From assembly GCA_035345735.1 (NCBI GenBank), contig DAORCZ010000004.1:1-35173 (forward strand): 35,173 bases of DNA, given 5' to 3'. Made by a program: the position numbers and the translations under genes. The notes under the pieces were generated by a model, which saw only the letters and a list, made by a program, of their open reading frames with translations, was not told where the DNA came from and did not search any database. The stretch is from Pseudomonadota bacterium (lineage in GTDB: Bacteria > Myxococcota_A > Polyangia > Palsa-1104 > JAEUJZ01). Numbering within the stretch: position 1 is the stretch's first letter; each line of letters opens with the position of its first letter. Of this stretch, positions 16,448 through 25,663 are shown piece by piece.

Positions 16448-16736
16448 AGAGTCACGCTGATTCCGAGAGTCGCCACGATGCTGTCGGTTGCGGAGTGCCC
16501 ATATACGTCTGGTTCCGAGTCCGCATTCAAGTAGGTAGGCATACATCGCTCCTCAAGCAGAGGCGAGGAAATAGATACATTCACTGACTGGCCTTGAGCG
16601 CTACTTGTTGAGCCCGCAAACACACAATCTCTGAACGAATGCCCGACTGAGAAAGCAACGCCCGAGGGCCTGCACCAAAGCCACTGCGATTTTCCCCGCG
16701 TCTAATCGTCCGAGCTGACCCATCGGGGAAAGACAC

Positions 16737-19700
16737 ATGGTTGCATCTGTGACGGCGTTTCCATACCGCGGCATCCTGCATCGCGATCTGAAGCCGGCGA
16801 ATGTGCTGGTGGTGCGCGATGGCGACGAGCAGAAGGTCAAGCTGCTGGACTTTGGCTTGTCGCTGGTGCGATCGCATGCGCAGCCCAAGGGCGGCGAGAT
16901 CTCGGGCACCATCGCGTACATGGCGCCCGAGCTTTTTCTGGGCCAGCCGGCGTCGGAGGCGGGGGATCTTTTTGCCGTCGGAGTCATCGCCTACGAGCTG
17001 CTCTGTGGCCGCCATCCGTTCGAGAACGAGGTCGATGGCGAGCTGATGGCTGCCATCGCGCGGCGCGAGCCGAGCTGGGAGGGACTTCGTGACCAGCCGG
17101 CGCTGCTGACGCTGCTGCAGCGACTGTTGGCCAAGGCGCCGTCCCTGCGTCCCAGCGTCGATGAGACCTTGAGCCTGCTCAGTCGGGCAGCGGGCCTACC
17201 AGCGGCGGCCGAGTCGGTGGCGCTGCGCGAGAGCGCGCTGCAGTCGGCGCGCTTGGTCGGTCGCGAAGAGTCGCTGAGTCGCCTACGCGAAGCGCTGAGC
17301 CTGGCGCAGACCGGCAGCGGCAGCCTGTATTTGCTGGGCGGCGAGAGCGGTGTCGGCAAGTCGCGGCTGATGGAAGAGCTGCGCGTCCACGCGCTGGTGC
17401 AAGGTGTCTACGCAGTGCGCGGCCAGGCGGTCAGCGAAGGCGGCGGTGCGTTTTCGGTCTGGCAGTCGATCCTGCGCGCCCTCTGTCTGCGCGGCGAGCT
17501 CGATGAGCTAGAAGCGAGCGTGCTCAAGGTGATCGTGCCGGATCTGGAGCGCTTGCTAGAGCGTCCGATTGCCGATGCTCCCGAGCTGCACGCGCAGGCC
17601 GCGCAGCTTCGCTTGATGAGCGTGATCGAGTCGCTGCTGCTGCGGCAGCGCGATCCCCTGTTGCTGCTGCTGGAAGACGTGCACTGGGCCGATGCCGAGA
17701 GCCTGTCCCTGCTGCGCCGCGTCGCCTTGGCCTGCCAGAGTCGCCCGCTCTTGATCCTCGCTTCCTATCGCGATGATGAGAGCCCGAGCCTGCCCCAGGA
17801 GTTTCCCGGCTCGCCGGTGATGAAGCTGGAGCGACTCAAGACCGCCGACATCGGCGAGCTGTGTCGCGCCATGGTTGGCCCGCAGGCCGCAACGCCGGAG
17901 CTCGTGAGCTTTCTCGCACAGGAGACCGAAGGGAATGTCCTTTTCATCATCGAAGTGACGCGGGCACTGGCCGAAGAGGCCGGCGCGCTGAGTCAGATCA
18001 TGGAGCACGGGCTGCCCAAGCACGTCCTTACCGGCGGCATTCGGGCGATCGTGCAGCGACGGCTGGCGCGGCTACCGCAGTCGGCGCTGCCGCTCTTGCA
18101 GCTGGCGGCGGTGGCGGGGCGACAGCTGGATCTGGATCTCTTGCGGCGCTTCGAGCCGCAGCTAGAAGCCTGGCTGTATCTTTCGGCCGACGCCGCGGTG
18201 TTAGAGGCCAGCGATCGCAGCTGGCGCTTTGCGCACGACAAGATCCGCGAGAGCCTGCTGTCGGAGCTGGATCCCGCCCGCCGGCGCGCGCTGCACCTGG
18301 CGGTCGCGGAGGCGATGGCGGGCCTGTATGTCGGATCGGCCGCGCACGCCGCAGCCCTGGCCGAGCACTATCAGCGCGCGGGCGAGATCGGCAAAGCCGC
18401 GCTGTATCAGGTCGAAGCGGGCATGTTCGCCCTGGCCCAGGGAGCGACCGAGCAGGCGACGGCGCTTCTACTGAGCGCGCTTTCCGACGAAGGGCGGACG
18501 CACTTGCCGGCAGAGGGAGCAGCGCGGGCCTACGGCGGCTTGATCCAAGCGCAGGCGGCGCTGGGGCAGTTTCCCACCTGCATCGCGGTGTTCGAGGGGT
18601 TCATGGGGCAGATCGGGCTGCAGATGCCGGTCGGCTATGCCGCCATCCTGCGGTCGCTAGCGGCCATCTCGGCCCGGCAGCTGCGCGGCCATCGCAAGCC
18701 CCTATCCGACGAGCGCGCCACGGTGCTGCGCGAGGTTGCGCATGCCGCCCGCTGGGCGGCCGAGACCTATGTCTGGGTGGGACGGCCGCTGCAGAGCATC
18801 GCCACCGCCCTGCTCGGGGCTGAGCTGGCCTATGAGCTTGATGAACCCGGCCTGCTGGCGCACTACCTGGCGGGATTTAGCTATCTGGCGGGGCTGATTC
18901 CGCTGCATCCCGGCAGCGAGACCTTCCTTTCGGCGGCCGCTCGTTCGCTAGAGAAACATCCGACGACGCGCGGGGCCCTGGACTTCGGACGCATCGCCAG
19001 CGTGCGCTACTTAAACGCGGCTCGCTGGGATCTGGCGCTTCGGCAGATGGAGCCGCTCATCGCTCTTTCCCGCGAGGTCGGTGACGAGCAGTCGCTGATG
19101 TTCGGCTTGTCGTTCAGCTTCATCATCGGCTTTCGCCTGGACGACGAGACGCTGTATCGCTCGCGCGGGCCGGAGCTCTTCGAGCGAGCCCAGCGCAACC
19201 AGAGCAGCCAGTTTGCCCGCACCTATCCGCTTTACGAAGGTCTGCGCGCGCTGCGGGCCGGCGATCTGGCGAGTGCAGCCCGCTGGCTGGGCGAGTCCGA
19301 GCGCTTCGTGCAGCGCTCGCAGGATGTGGTGGGCAAGATCCTCGTCGGCGGCGTGATCGCGCTTTACGAGCTCAAGCGGGGCGAGCGCCAGCTGGCGCTG
19401 GCCCGGGCTGAGGCGGTGCTGGAGGTGGGGGAGGCGACGCGCTTGTCGAACGATGTGGTCGGCGAAGGCATTGCCGCCGTGGTGGATGTGTATCTGACGC
19501 TGCAGGAGCTGGCCGACCCGGCCCAGCCGCGAGCCTACGTCGAGCCGCTGCGGCGAGCCCTGCGCTTGCTGCGTCGCTGTGCTCAGATCTTTCCTGGCAT
19601 CCTGCCGCGGGCTCTCGCCTTTCACGGACGCGCGGCATGGAACTATGGGGCGGGGCAGCTTGCCGAGCGGCTGCTTTCGCTGGGTCTGCGGCAGGCCGAG

Positions 19701-19835
19701 CGGCTGAGGATGCCGTACGACATCGAGCTTGCGCGGGGTCTGCAGCGTCATTATTTCGCCACGCTGCCCAAGCCGGCGGCAGACTGGAACGCGGAGCTGC
19801 GCGCGGTCTCGGCGCTGCTCCGCGACATCCTGTGA
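16737..19835 (+). CDS. Ser/Thr kinase - P-loop STAND/AAA ATPase - TPR-like protein (PknK/MalT-like), lacking the kinase N-lobe
   Basis: The ORF begins about 10 residues before HRDLKPAN (subdomain VIb). DFG and APE are present. No Gly-loop, VAIK or alpha-C sequence is found in any upstream frame. Walker A GGESGVGKS at 17337-17363. Walker B LLLLLEDVHWAD. Long helical repeat C-terminus. Confidence 0.8.
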   Translation: MVASVTAFPYRGILHRDLKPANVLVVRDGDEQKVKLLDFGLSLVRSHAQPKGGEISGTIAYMAPELFLGQPASEAGDLFAVGVIAYELLCGRHPFENEVDGELMAAIARREPSWEGLRDQPALLTLLQRLLAKAPSLRPSVDETLSLLSRAAGLPAAAESVALRESALQSARLVGREESLSRLREALSLAQTGSGSLYLLGGESGVGKSRLMEELRVHALVQGVYAVRGQAVSEGGGAFSVWQSILRALCLRGELDELEASVLKVIVPDLERLLERPIADAPELHAQAAQLRLMSVIESLLLRQRDPLLLLLEDVHWADAESLSLLRRVALACQSRPLLILASYRDDESPSLPQEFPGSPVMKLERLKTADIGELCRAMVGPQAATPELVSFLAQETEGNVLFIIEVTRALAEEAGALSQIMEHGLPKHVLTGGIRAIVQRRLARLPQSALPLLQLAAVAGRQLDLDLLRRFEPQLEAWLYLSADAAVLEASDRSWRFAHDKIRESLLSELDPARRRALHLAVAEAMAGLYVGSAAHAAALAEHYQRAGEIGKAALYQVEAGMFALAQGATEQATALLLSALSDEGRTHLPAEGAARAYGGLIQAQAALGQFPTCIAVFEGFMGQIGLQMPVGYAAILRSLAAISARQLRGHRKPLSDERATVLREVAHAARWAAETYVWVGRPLQSIATALLGAELAYELDEPGLLAHYLAGFSYLAGLIPLHPGSETFLSAAARSLEKHPTTRGALDFGRIASVRYLNAARWDLALRQMEPLIALSREVGDEQSLMFGLSFSFIIGFRLDDETLYRSRGPELFERAQRNQSSQFARTYPLYEGLRALRAGDLASAARWLGESERFVQRSQDVVGKILVGGVIALYELKRGERQLALARAEAVLEVGEATRLSNDVVGEGIAAVVDVYLTLQELADPAQPRAYVEPLRRALRLLRRCAQIFPGILPRALAFHGRAAWNYGAGQLAERLLSLGLRQAERLRMPYDIELARGLQRHYFATLPKPAADWNAELRAVSALLRDIL

Positions 19836-19847
19836 GGTCACCGCGCC

Positions 19848-21206
19848 GTGCTCGCAAATCGCATCACTGCTCTTTTGGGTCCACAGTCGCCGCTCACTGG
19901 GCTGCGCAATATGCTGGCGCTGCGCACCGATCCCTTGGCCTTCCTGATGTCGGCCGCGGCCGATGGAGGGATCGCCTATCGCCGCATCGGCTCGTATCGT
20001 GCCTACCTGCTCAACGATCCTGAGGATGTGCGCGAGCTCTTGCTGAATCATCACAAGAGCTCGATCAAAGGTCCGCTCTTGCAGCGCTCGAAGGAGCTTC
20101 TGGGCGAGGGGCTGGTCACCGGAGATGGCGAGCATCACCTGCGGCAGCGACGGCTGCTGCAGCCGTTTTTTCATCGTCAGCGCTTGCTGCGCTACATGCC
20201 GACGATGGTCAGCTGTACCGAGCGCTGCCTGGCGCGCTTTGCGGATGGCCAGACGCTGGACCTGCACCGCGAGATGATGCGCCTGGCGCTTTCGATCGTC
20301 GGCCAGGCGCTGTTCGGCGATGACTTCGAGCGCGACCTTGGCGAGATCTATCAGGCACTCGATCACATCGGCGCGGCGCTCAATATGCGGCAGGAAGTGC
20401 TGACGCTGGTCCTGGAGCGACTGGGGCTGCCCGCCCCCGCGCATGCCCGCCTGAGGCAGGCGCGGCACATCCTGGGGTCGGTGATCGCCCGCCTGCGCAG
20501 CGAGCGGGCGGCCAGTGCCGAGACGCGCAGCGATCTGGTGTCGCATCTGCTGACCGCGAAGGACACCGATGGCGATGGCGGCACGATGGCTTGGGAGTCG
20601 CTGCTCGACGAATGCATCACGCTGCTCCTCGCGGGTCATGAGACCACGGCGAACGCGCTTTCTTTTGCGCTGTATCTGATCTCGCAGCATCCCCGCGTCG
20701 AAGCGCGCCTGCAGGCCGAGGTGGCGCAGGTGCTGGGCGACCGGCCGCCCACCGCCGACGATCTGCCGCGTCTTGTGTACACCGAGCAGGTCTTTGCTGA
20801 GGCGATTCGCCTGCATCCCCCCGCCTGGATGATGGGGCGCTTTCTGACGGCGCCGATCACCCTGCGTGGGCGCGAGTTTGCGCCGGGCGAGCTCCTGATG
20901 ATCAGCCCGTACACCATGGGCCGCGATCCGCGCTTCTATCCCCAGCCGCTCGACTTTCGGCCCGAGCGCTTTACGCCCGAGGAGCGACAGAGTCGTCCGC
21001 GGTTTGCCTATTTTCCGTTTGGCGCGGGCCCGCGGCAGTGCATCGGCGAAGGCTTTGCGTGGATGGAGGGAACGCTGGTGCTGGCGATGGTGGCGCAGCG
21101 CTTTGCCCTGCGCCTGGCGCCCGGAGCCACAGCCGAGGTCGAAGCGCTCTTGACGCTGCGACCCAAGCACGGCATGCCGATGCGCATCCACCGCCGCGCA
21201 CCCTAA
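19848..21206 (+). CDS. Cytochrome P450
   Basis: Heme-binding loop [17 protein letters not shown]-helix [13 protein letters not shown], and ExxR (EAIR). GTG start 12 nt after the kinase-STAND stop. Confidence 0.9.
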   Translation: MLANRITALLGPQSPLTGLRNMLALRTDPLAFLMSAAADGGIAYRRIGSYRAYLLNDPEDVRELLLNHHKSSIKGPLLQRSKELLGEGLVTGDGEHHLRQRRLLQPFFHRQRLLRYMPTMVSCTERCLARFADGQTLDLHREMMRLALSIVGQALFGDDFERDLGEIYQALDHIGAALNMRQEVLTLVLERLGLPAPAHARLRQARHILGSVIARLRSERAASAETRSDLVSHLLTAKDTDGDGGTMAWESLLDECITLLLAGHETTANALSFALYLISQHPRVEARLQAEVAQVLGDRPPTADDLPRLVYTEQVFAEAIRLHPPAWMMGRFLTAPITLRGREFAPGELLMISPYTMGRDPRFYPQPLDFRPERFTPEERQSRPRFAYFPFGAGPRQCIGEGFAWMEGTLVLAMVAQRFALRLAPGATAEVEALLTLRPKHGMPMRIHRRAP

Positions 21207-21223
21207 GCGCGACAGCGGGGAGC

Positions 21224-23650
21224 TTACTTGGCGATGAGATCGAGGAGACGCACGGTCTCGCCGGCGGCAAGGACCGGATCGTAGGCGGTGTCAGCGATGC
21301 CCGAGACCACCTTGGTGATGTTGTGGTCGATGGTGCCGGGCTTGGACCACGACGCGACCGGGGCCGCCGTGATGTAGGCCGAGAACGTGTGATGTCCCGA
21401 TCCCGGGCGCTCGCCGATGAGGTGAATGATCGAGCGCTTGCTGTCGGGATTGCCGACGCCGCTGTAGAGGATCTCGCCCAGCTGATAGCCGGCTCGGACG
21501 CGGCCATTGCGCACCGCGATGTGCATCGGGGCGGTGCGATAGCCAGCGCTGTCGAGCGTGCCCCGCAGCTTGGCCAGGTACGGCGCCAGGTGGCCGTCAT
21601 CGGTTAGCGCCAGCGAGCACAGACCATCCGAGACGATGATCTGGACGTTGTAGCGATCGCCACTCATCGCTTTGGCGGTGCGCACCTGCTCGATCGATCG
21701 CGCCTCGATCTGCTCGCCGGTCGGCGGATGCCAGATGTAGTCCTTGCGATCGGCGGACTGGGTATGGGCTTCCAGCACCATCGGCAGCGACTGCACAAAG
21801 GCCGGCGTGAACTCGACCCACAGGCTGTCGCGGCCGTCCTTGTACAGCCGGCGGATCTCGCGATCCAAGGTGGGCTCTAGCTCGGCCGGCGAGCCGCCGA
21901 ACTTTTCGGCGATCCACACGCCGCGATCGCGGACTTCTTTCAGCTGCTTTGCACCCTCGGCGAAGATCTCGGCCTGGGTACGGGTGTCGCCCTTGGCCAG
22001 GCGGTACTTGTAAAAGACCCAGATCGGATCGCCGAAGTGGGCGGTGGGCTGGCCGCGGCTGTCGATGACCTCGATGCTCTTGAAGAAGTCCCACAGCGCA
22101 TCATCGACCTTGTAGCCAAAGTTCTGCCGCACCCGCACGTGATCTTGGAAGGCGGTGGTCAGGTAGCCGAGCATGGGATCGTTCTTGGTCGGCAAGCCCA
22201 TGAGATACGCGGGATTGGCCGGCATGATCTGCTCGATGCACCAGTCGAGATCGTCGAGCGAGACATCCATGTGCAGCGTCGAGCAGATGTCGAGACCAAG
22301 CGTGATGCCATGCAGCTTGCCCATCACCGTGTCTTCTAGGCAGCAGCGCACCAGCTGCTCGCGGCTGCGGAAGACTTCGGGACCAATGAAGCCGGCGACG
22401 TCGTTGACGTGCACCCACGGCGCCTCGGGCTTGCCGGCTGTGCGCTGCGCTTCGGCGACCTTTTGCTTCAAGGCGCGGGCGAAGCCGTACTTGCGGGCCT
22501 CTAGCACCACCATGTCGACGCCCTGGTCTTTGCCGTTGGTGAAGTCGGCACCCTGGCCGGTCTCGAAGTAAAGGCCATACTTGCCGGTGCGCCGCTTGGC
22601 GTGGTCGAGCATCTTCTGCACGCTGACGTCGAACGTCGCGTTGGCGGCATCGTTGCCGGCCAGGCTCTGGAACCACAGCGCCGTCGAGCCAGGGAACTTG
22701 TCTTCGACCTCGGCCTGGACATCGATGTGGGCCAGCACGCAGTGCGGCAGCCGGTCTTCCAGCTTGAAGGTGCGCAGGATGTCTTGCAGGCGGTTTTCGA
22801 TCGCTGCCACCGACTCGGGAGCGCTCGACACCGGGTTACAGCCCAGCACGACATCACCGACGGCATAAGCAAAGCCATCGAAGACCTGCCAGGTGATGTC
22901 ATCGACATGATCGGTGGGCGAGTTGGGCTGGATGCGCGCGCCCATGTATCCCGCCTGGCCCACCCGGCTGCCGGGCAGCGCGTGGAAGATTTTTTTGCCG
23001 ATGCGAATCAGCTCGGCGTTGCTGAGCAGCTTGACCACGCAGCCGATGACATCGCTGCTCAGACCGGGGAGGAAGCTCGCGATCTGCGCCGCATCCGACG
23101 ACAGCAGGTTGTCGCGCAGCTGCCCCAGCGTCCAGGTGGCGATGCGGGCCCGGGCGGTGCCATCGGTGGTGGATTGGATCAATCGATACTGTTCATCCAG
23201 GAGCAGCGGCTGCGCATCCAAGTCCGCGAGCTTGGTGTTGGCCAGCAGCGTCCGCGCGTTGCGTCGACTGTCGGCATCGTCGCGATCGCTGGCCACGCCG
23301 ATCGCTTCATCGCCTTCTTTGTACTCGTTGGCCGCGCCAATCACTTGACGGTACAGCGTGGCATCGAAGGCGCCGCGCTGACGGCGGATGTAGGCGAAGA
23401 CATCTTCACCGGGCTCGATCTCGGGGATGCGCACCGTGCTGCCGGAAGGCGGCGGCGGGGCTTCGTTCTGGCCACAGCCACCGGGCAGAACGGCCACCGC
23501 CGTCCCAGCGGCCAGCGTGCCTAGAAAACCGCGTCGTCGCATCGAAAACGGCGAGCTCACCGCAGGTCTTTTCGCGGCCTCCGTCCCGGAAGAGATGCGA
23601 GGGGGCGTCGGGGTCGACGCGGGCCGCAGGGAGCGAGATGAGTACGCCAT
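21224..23650 (-). CDS. eutBC: Fused ethanolamine ammonia-lyase large plus small subunit (EutB-EutC) with a twin-arginine N-terminal signal
   Basis: The EutB region is collinear with E. coli EutB (GARIQPNSPTDHVDDI, GDVVLGCNPV, LYFETGQGADFTNG, GFIGPEVF, LEDTVMGKLHGI, YLTTAFQDH). The C-terminal region matches EutC (VQIIVSDGL ... IHLIGERPGSG ... SAY). FSMRRRGFLGTLAAGTAVAVLPGGCG near the N-terminus. GGAGG lies 5 nt upstream of the ATG at 23650 (the longest ORF would start at 23677). Confidence 0.9.
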   Translation of the reverse strand: MAYSSRSLRPASTPTPPRISSGTEAAKRPAVSSPFSMRRRGFLGTLAAGTAVAVLPGGCGQNEAPPPPSGSTVRIPEIEPGEDVFAYIRRQRGAFDATLYRQVIGAANEYKEGDEAIGVASDRDDADSRRNARTLLANTKLADLDAQPLLLDEQYRLIQSTTDGTARARIATWTLGQLRDNLLSSDAAQIASFLPGLSSDVIGCVVKLLSNAELIRIGKKIFHALPGSRVGQAGYMGARIQPNSPTDHVDDITWQVFDGFAYAVGDVVLGCNPVSSAPESVAAIENRLQDILRTFKLEDRLPHCVLAHIDVQAEVEDKFPGSTALWFQSLAGNDAANATFDVSVQKMLDHAKRRTGKYGLYFETGQGADFTNGKDQGVDMVVLEARKYGFARALKQKVAEAQRTAGKPEAPWVHVNDVAGFIGPEVFRSREQLVRCCLEDTVMGKLHGITLGLDICSTLHMDVSLDDLDWCIEQIMPANPAYLMGLPTKNDPMLGYLTTAFQDHVRVRQNFGYKVDDALWDFFKSIEVIDSRGQPTAHFGDPIWVFYKYRLAKGDTRTQAEIFAEGAKQLKEVRDRGVWIAEKFGGSPAELEPTLDREIRRLYKDGRDSLWVEFTPAFVQSLPMVLEAHTQSADRKDYIWHPPTGEQIEARSIEQVRTAKAMSGDRYNVQIIVSDGLCSLALTDDGHLAPYLAKLRGTLDSAGYRTAPMHIAVRNGRVRAGYQLGEILYSGVGNPDSKRSIIHLIGERPGSGHHTFSAYITAAPVASWSKPGTIDHNITKVVSGIADTAYDPVLAAGETVRLLDLIAK

Positions 23651-23821
23651 CGGAGCCTCCATTCGTTGTGCTGCCAAGCGCTGCGAGGAGAAACGACGAC
23701 AACGAGCGCCAAAGTGCGTCCGTGCGTCAGAGCTGGCGCATCATCGAAAGATGACTGCGAGGGGTCAAGTGTGTCGTGCAGGAACGGCGTCGAGGGGAGC
23801 CGACGTCAGCCGACGCGGCGG

Positions 23822-25663
23822 CTACTTGGCGGCGGCGGGAGCCGGGGGCGTGGCCTCGGGAAGGGCGGCCGCTGCGGTGCCCCCGTCGGCTCCGATCAGC
23901 ATGGCGGGCGGACACTCGCGCTTGTCGAGCGAGCGGGCCTGGGCACTGCTTGGCACGGTAGCCAAGAGGCGCTGCATCTCGGCCAGGAACTCGTTGCAGC
24001 GACCGGCGAGGCGCAGCTGTTCCGCCTGCGCAACGTGCGCCGCCGCGTACTGCTCCAAGGCCGCGTCGTAGTAGCCCTGGGACAGCCCGAAGTACACCGA
24101 CTCGTGCGATAGCAGCGCGTGCAGGCGCAGCACCTCGTCGGCATCGGGACGGGTAGCGGCGGCGACGAGGCGTTCGTACAGCTCGTGCATCGGCTGCTCT
24201 TTGGCCGCGCGCCCCTGCAGCGCCATCAGCAGCGCCAGCTGATCAGGCAGGAGGGTTGCGCCGAACTGCTGCTGCAGCTCAGTCACGCCGGTCATCACGC
24301 TGTTCCACTGGCGAGCATCACGCAGCGCTTCGAGATTGCGTAGGCGCGCTGTCACTGCCTCGTCCTGCGGCACCTTGTACATCGAAGGTGGCAGCCAGCC
24401 GGCCAGCAGGCGCTGCAGCGGCAGCGAGTGGCGCACGGCGTAAAACCCGACGGCGCTGAGCAGCATCAGGCCCAGAAACAGGCCACCAGTTAACGCGCTG
24501 CGCATCGGCGAGGTCGGCGGTCGCAGCTCGGCTTCGCTGTGATCGGCGATCGCGCCCTGGCTGGTCACCGAAGGCGCTCCTGGGTGCTGGGGGCTGCTTG
24601 GCAGCGACGAGGGCCCAGGATCGCTGCTTCCCTGCGGCAAAGCGGCCTGCTGTCCGCTGCTCTTGGCTCCCGGTAGTCCGCGGGCTGGGCCGCCTCCCGG
24701 AATCGCGCCCGAGCTAGCCGATCCGGCCGGCACCAAGATCATCCCCGAGGGCGAGACCACCGGAACGTAGCCCCCCGACGAGAACGCCCCAGGAGCGCGC
24801 AGCGCCATCTCGCACTCTTCGAGCGCTAGCTCCAGCGCCGCGGCGTGGGCGTAGCGCTCTTCCGGTCGCTTGCGCAGGAGGCGCATCACGACCTCGGCGA
24901 TCATCTGCGGTACGGTCTCGGGCAGGGGCTTGGGCGGCGTGCCGAGATGGGCAAACAGCACTTCGTGCGGCGTGCCGACAAACGGCGCGCTGCCGGTCAA
25001 GATCTCGTAGAAGACGATGCCGGCGGCGTACAGATCGGCGCGGCCATCGATGACCGGATTTTCCGTCACTTGCTCGGGGGCGACGTACTTCGGTGTACCG
25101 ACCAGCATGCCGGGGGCGGTCAGGCGCTGATCGACCTTGTTGACCTGCTTGGCCATGCCGAAGTCGAGGACCTTGAGCACCACCTTGCCGCCCGGCTTGT
25201 AGCGCAGGAGCTTCATGTTCTGCGGCTTGATGTCGCGATGCACGACCCCTAAGCGGTGGGCCTCTTCCAGGGCCGAGGCCAGCTGGCGCATCAGCTGCAC
25301 GGCGCGCAGCGCGTCGAGGGTGCCCTCGCTCTTTAGCACCTCGGACAGATCAACCCCTTCGACCAGCTCCATGACCAGAAAGGGCTGGCCGTCCTCGACG
25401 CCGAAGTCGAACACCTGGGTGATGACAGGATGATTGAGCTGGCTCCACACCCGGGCTTCGCGGTTGAAGCGCTCGACGGCGTCGGGGGTGTCGAAGGTCT
25501 CTTTGCGCATCATCTTGATGGCCACCGCCTTGCCCATGGCGAGGTTGATGCCGCGAAAGACGACGCCCATGGCGCCTTCACCCAAGATGCCGTCGAGGCG
25601 ATAGTGCGCCTTGAGCGTCCGTCCCAGCATGGACTGGGCCCACAGCATCGTCGGGTTTGACAT
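23822..25663 (-). CDS. Membrane-anchored Hanks-type Ser/Thr protein kinase
   Basis: GEGAMGVV, AIK, HRDIKPQN, DFG and APE in order. S/P/G-rich linker, one TM helix (GGLFLGLMLLSAVGFYAV), and a C-terminal extracytoplasmic helical domain of about 190 aa. The start is uncertain (25663 ATG vs 25720 GTG). Confidence 0.85.
   Translation of the reverse strand: MSNPTMLWAQSMLGRTLKAHYRLDGILGEGAMGVVFRGINLAMGKAVAIKMMRKETFDTPDAVERFNREARVWSQLNHPVITQVFDFGVEDGQPFLVMELVEGVDLSEVLKSEGTLDALRAVQLMRQLASALEEAHRLGVVHRDIKPQNMKLLRYKPGGKVVLKVLDFGMAKQVNKVDQRLTAPGMLVGTPKYVAPEQVTENPVIDGRADLYAAGIVFYEILTGSAPFVGTPHEVLFAHLGTPPKPLPETVPQMIAEVVMRLLRKRPEERYAHAAALELALEECEMALRAPGAFSSGGYVPVVSPSGMILVPAGSASSGAIPGGGPARGLPGAKSSGQQAALPQGSSDPGPSSLPSSPQHPGAPSVTSQGAIADHSEAELRPPTSPMRSALTGGLFLGLMLLSAVGFYAVRHSLPLQRLLAGWLPPSMYKVPQDEAVTARLRNLEALRDARQWNSVMTGVTELQQQFGATLLPDQLALLMALQGRAAKEQPMHELYERLVAAATRPDADEVLRLHALLSHESVYFGLSQGYYDAALEQYAAAHVAQAEQLRLAGRCNEFLAEMQRLLATVPSSAQARSLDKRECPPAMLIGADGGTAAAALPEATPPAPAAAK

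Larger units (their letters stand above)
6612..16736. mobile_element. Putative integrase-associated genomic island carrying defence-type cargo (boundaries approximate)
   Basis: Integrase at the left end. Cargo is typical of islands (RHH, RhuM, ABC-3C operon). Spot GC counts are lower than in the core part. The right end abuts a 5'-truncated kinase gene. No att direct repeats were found by eye, so the limits are uncertain. Confidence 0.4.

Noticed and set aside
19011-21191. 726-aa minus-strand ORF antisense to the P450 gene and the kinase-STAND 3' end. Similar long shadow ORFs occur at 3738-4685, 3385-4296, 11380-12408, 17861-18823, 22601-23524, 25850-26584, 27833-28699 and 28644-29603.
   Set aside because: The translations are Arg/Ala/Gly/Pro-rich low-complexity strings with no motifs. 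Each lies opposite a gene with clear family signatures. Long stop-free antisense frames are expected at about 70% GC.
23651-23821. Possible adenosylcobalamin riboswitch upstream of the EutBC gene.
   Set aside because: Reading the minus strand, I found no B12-box-like core or the conserved GGGAA/GGUG elements. The spacer looks like ordinary promoter or leader DNA.
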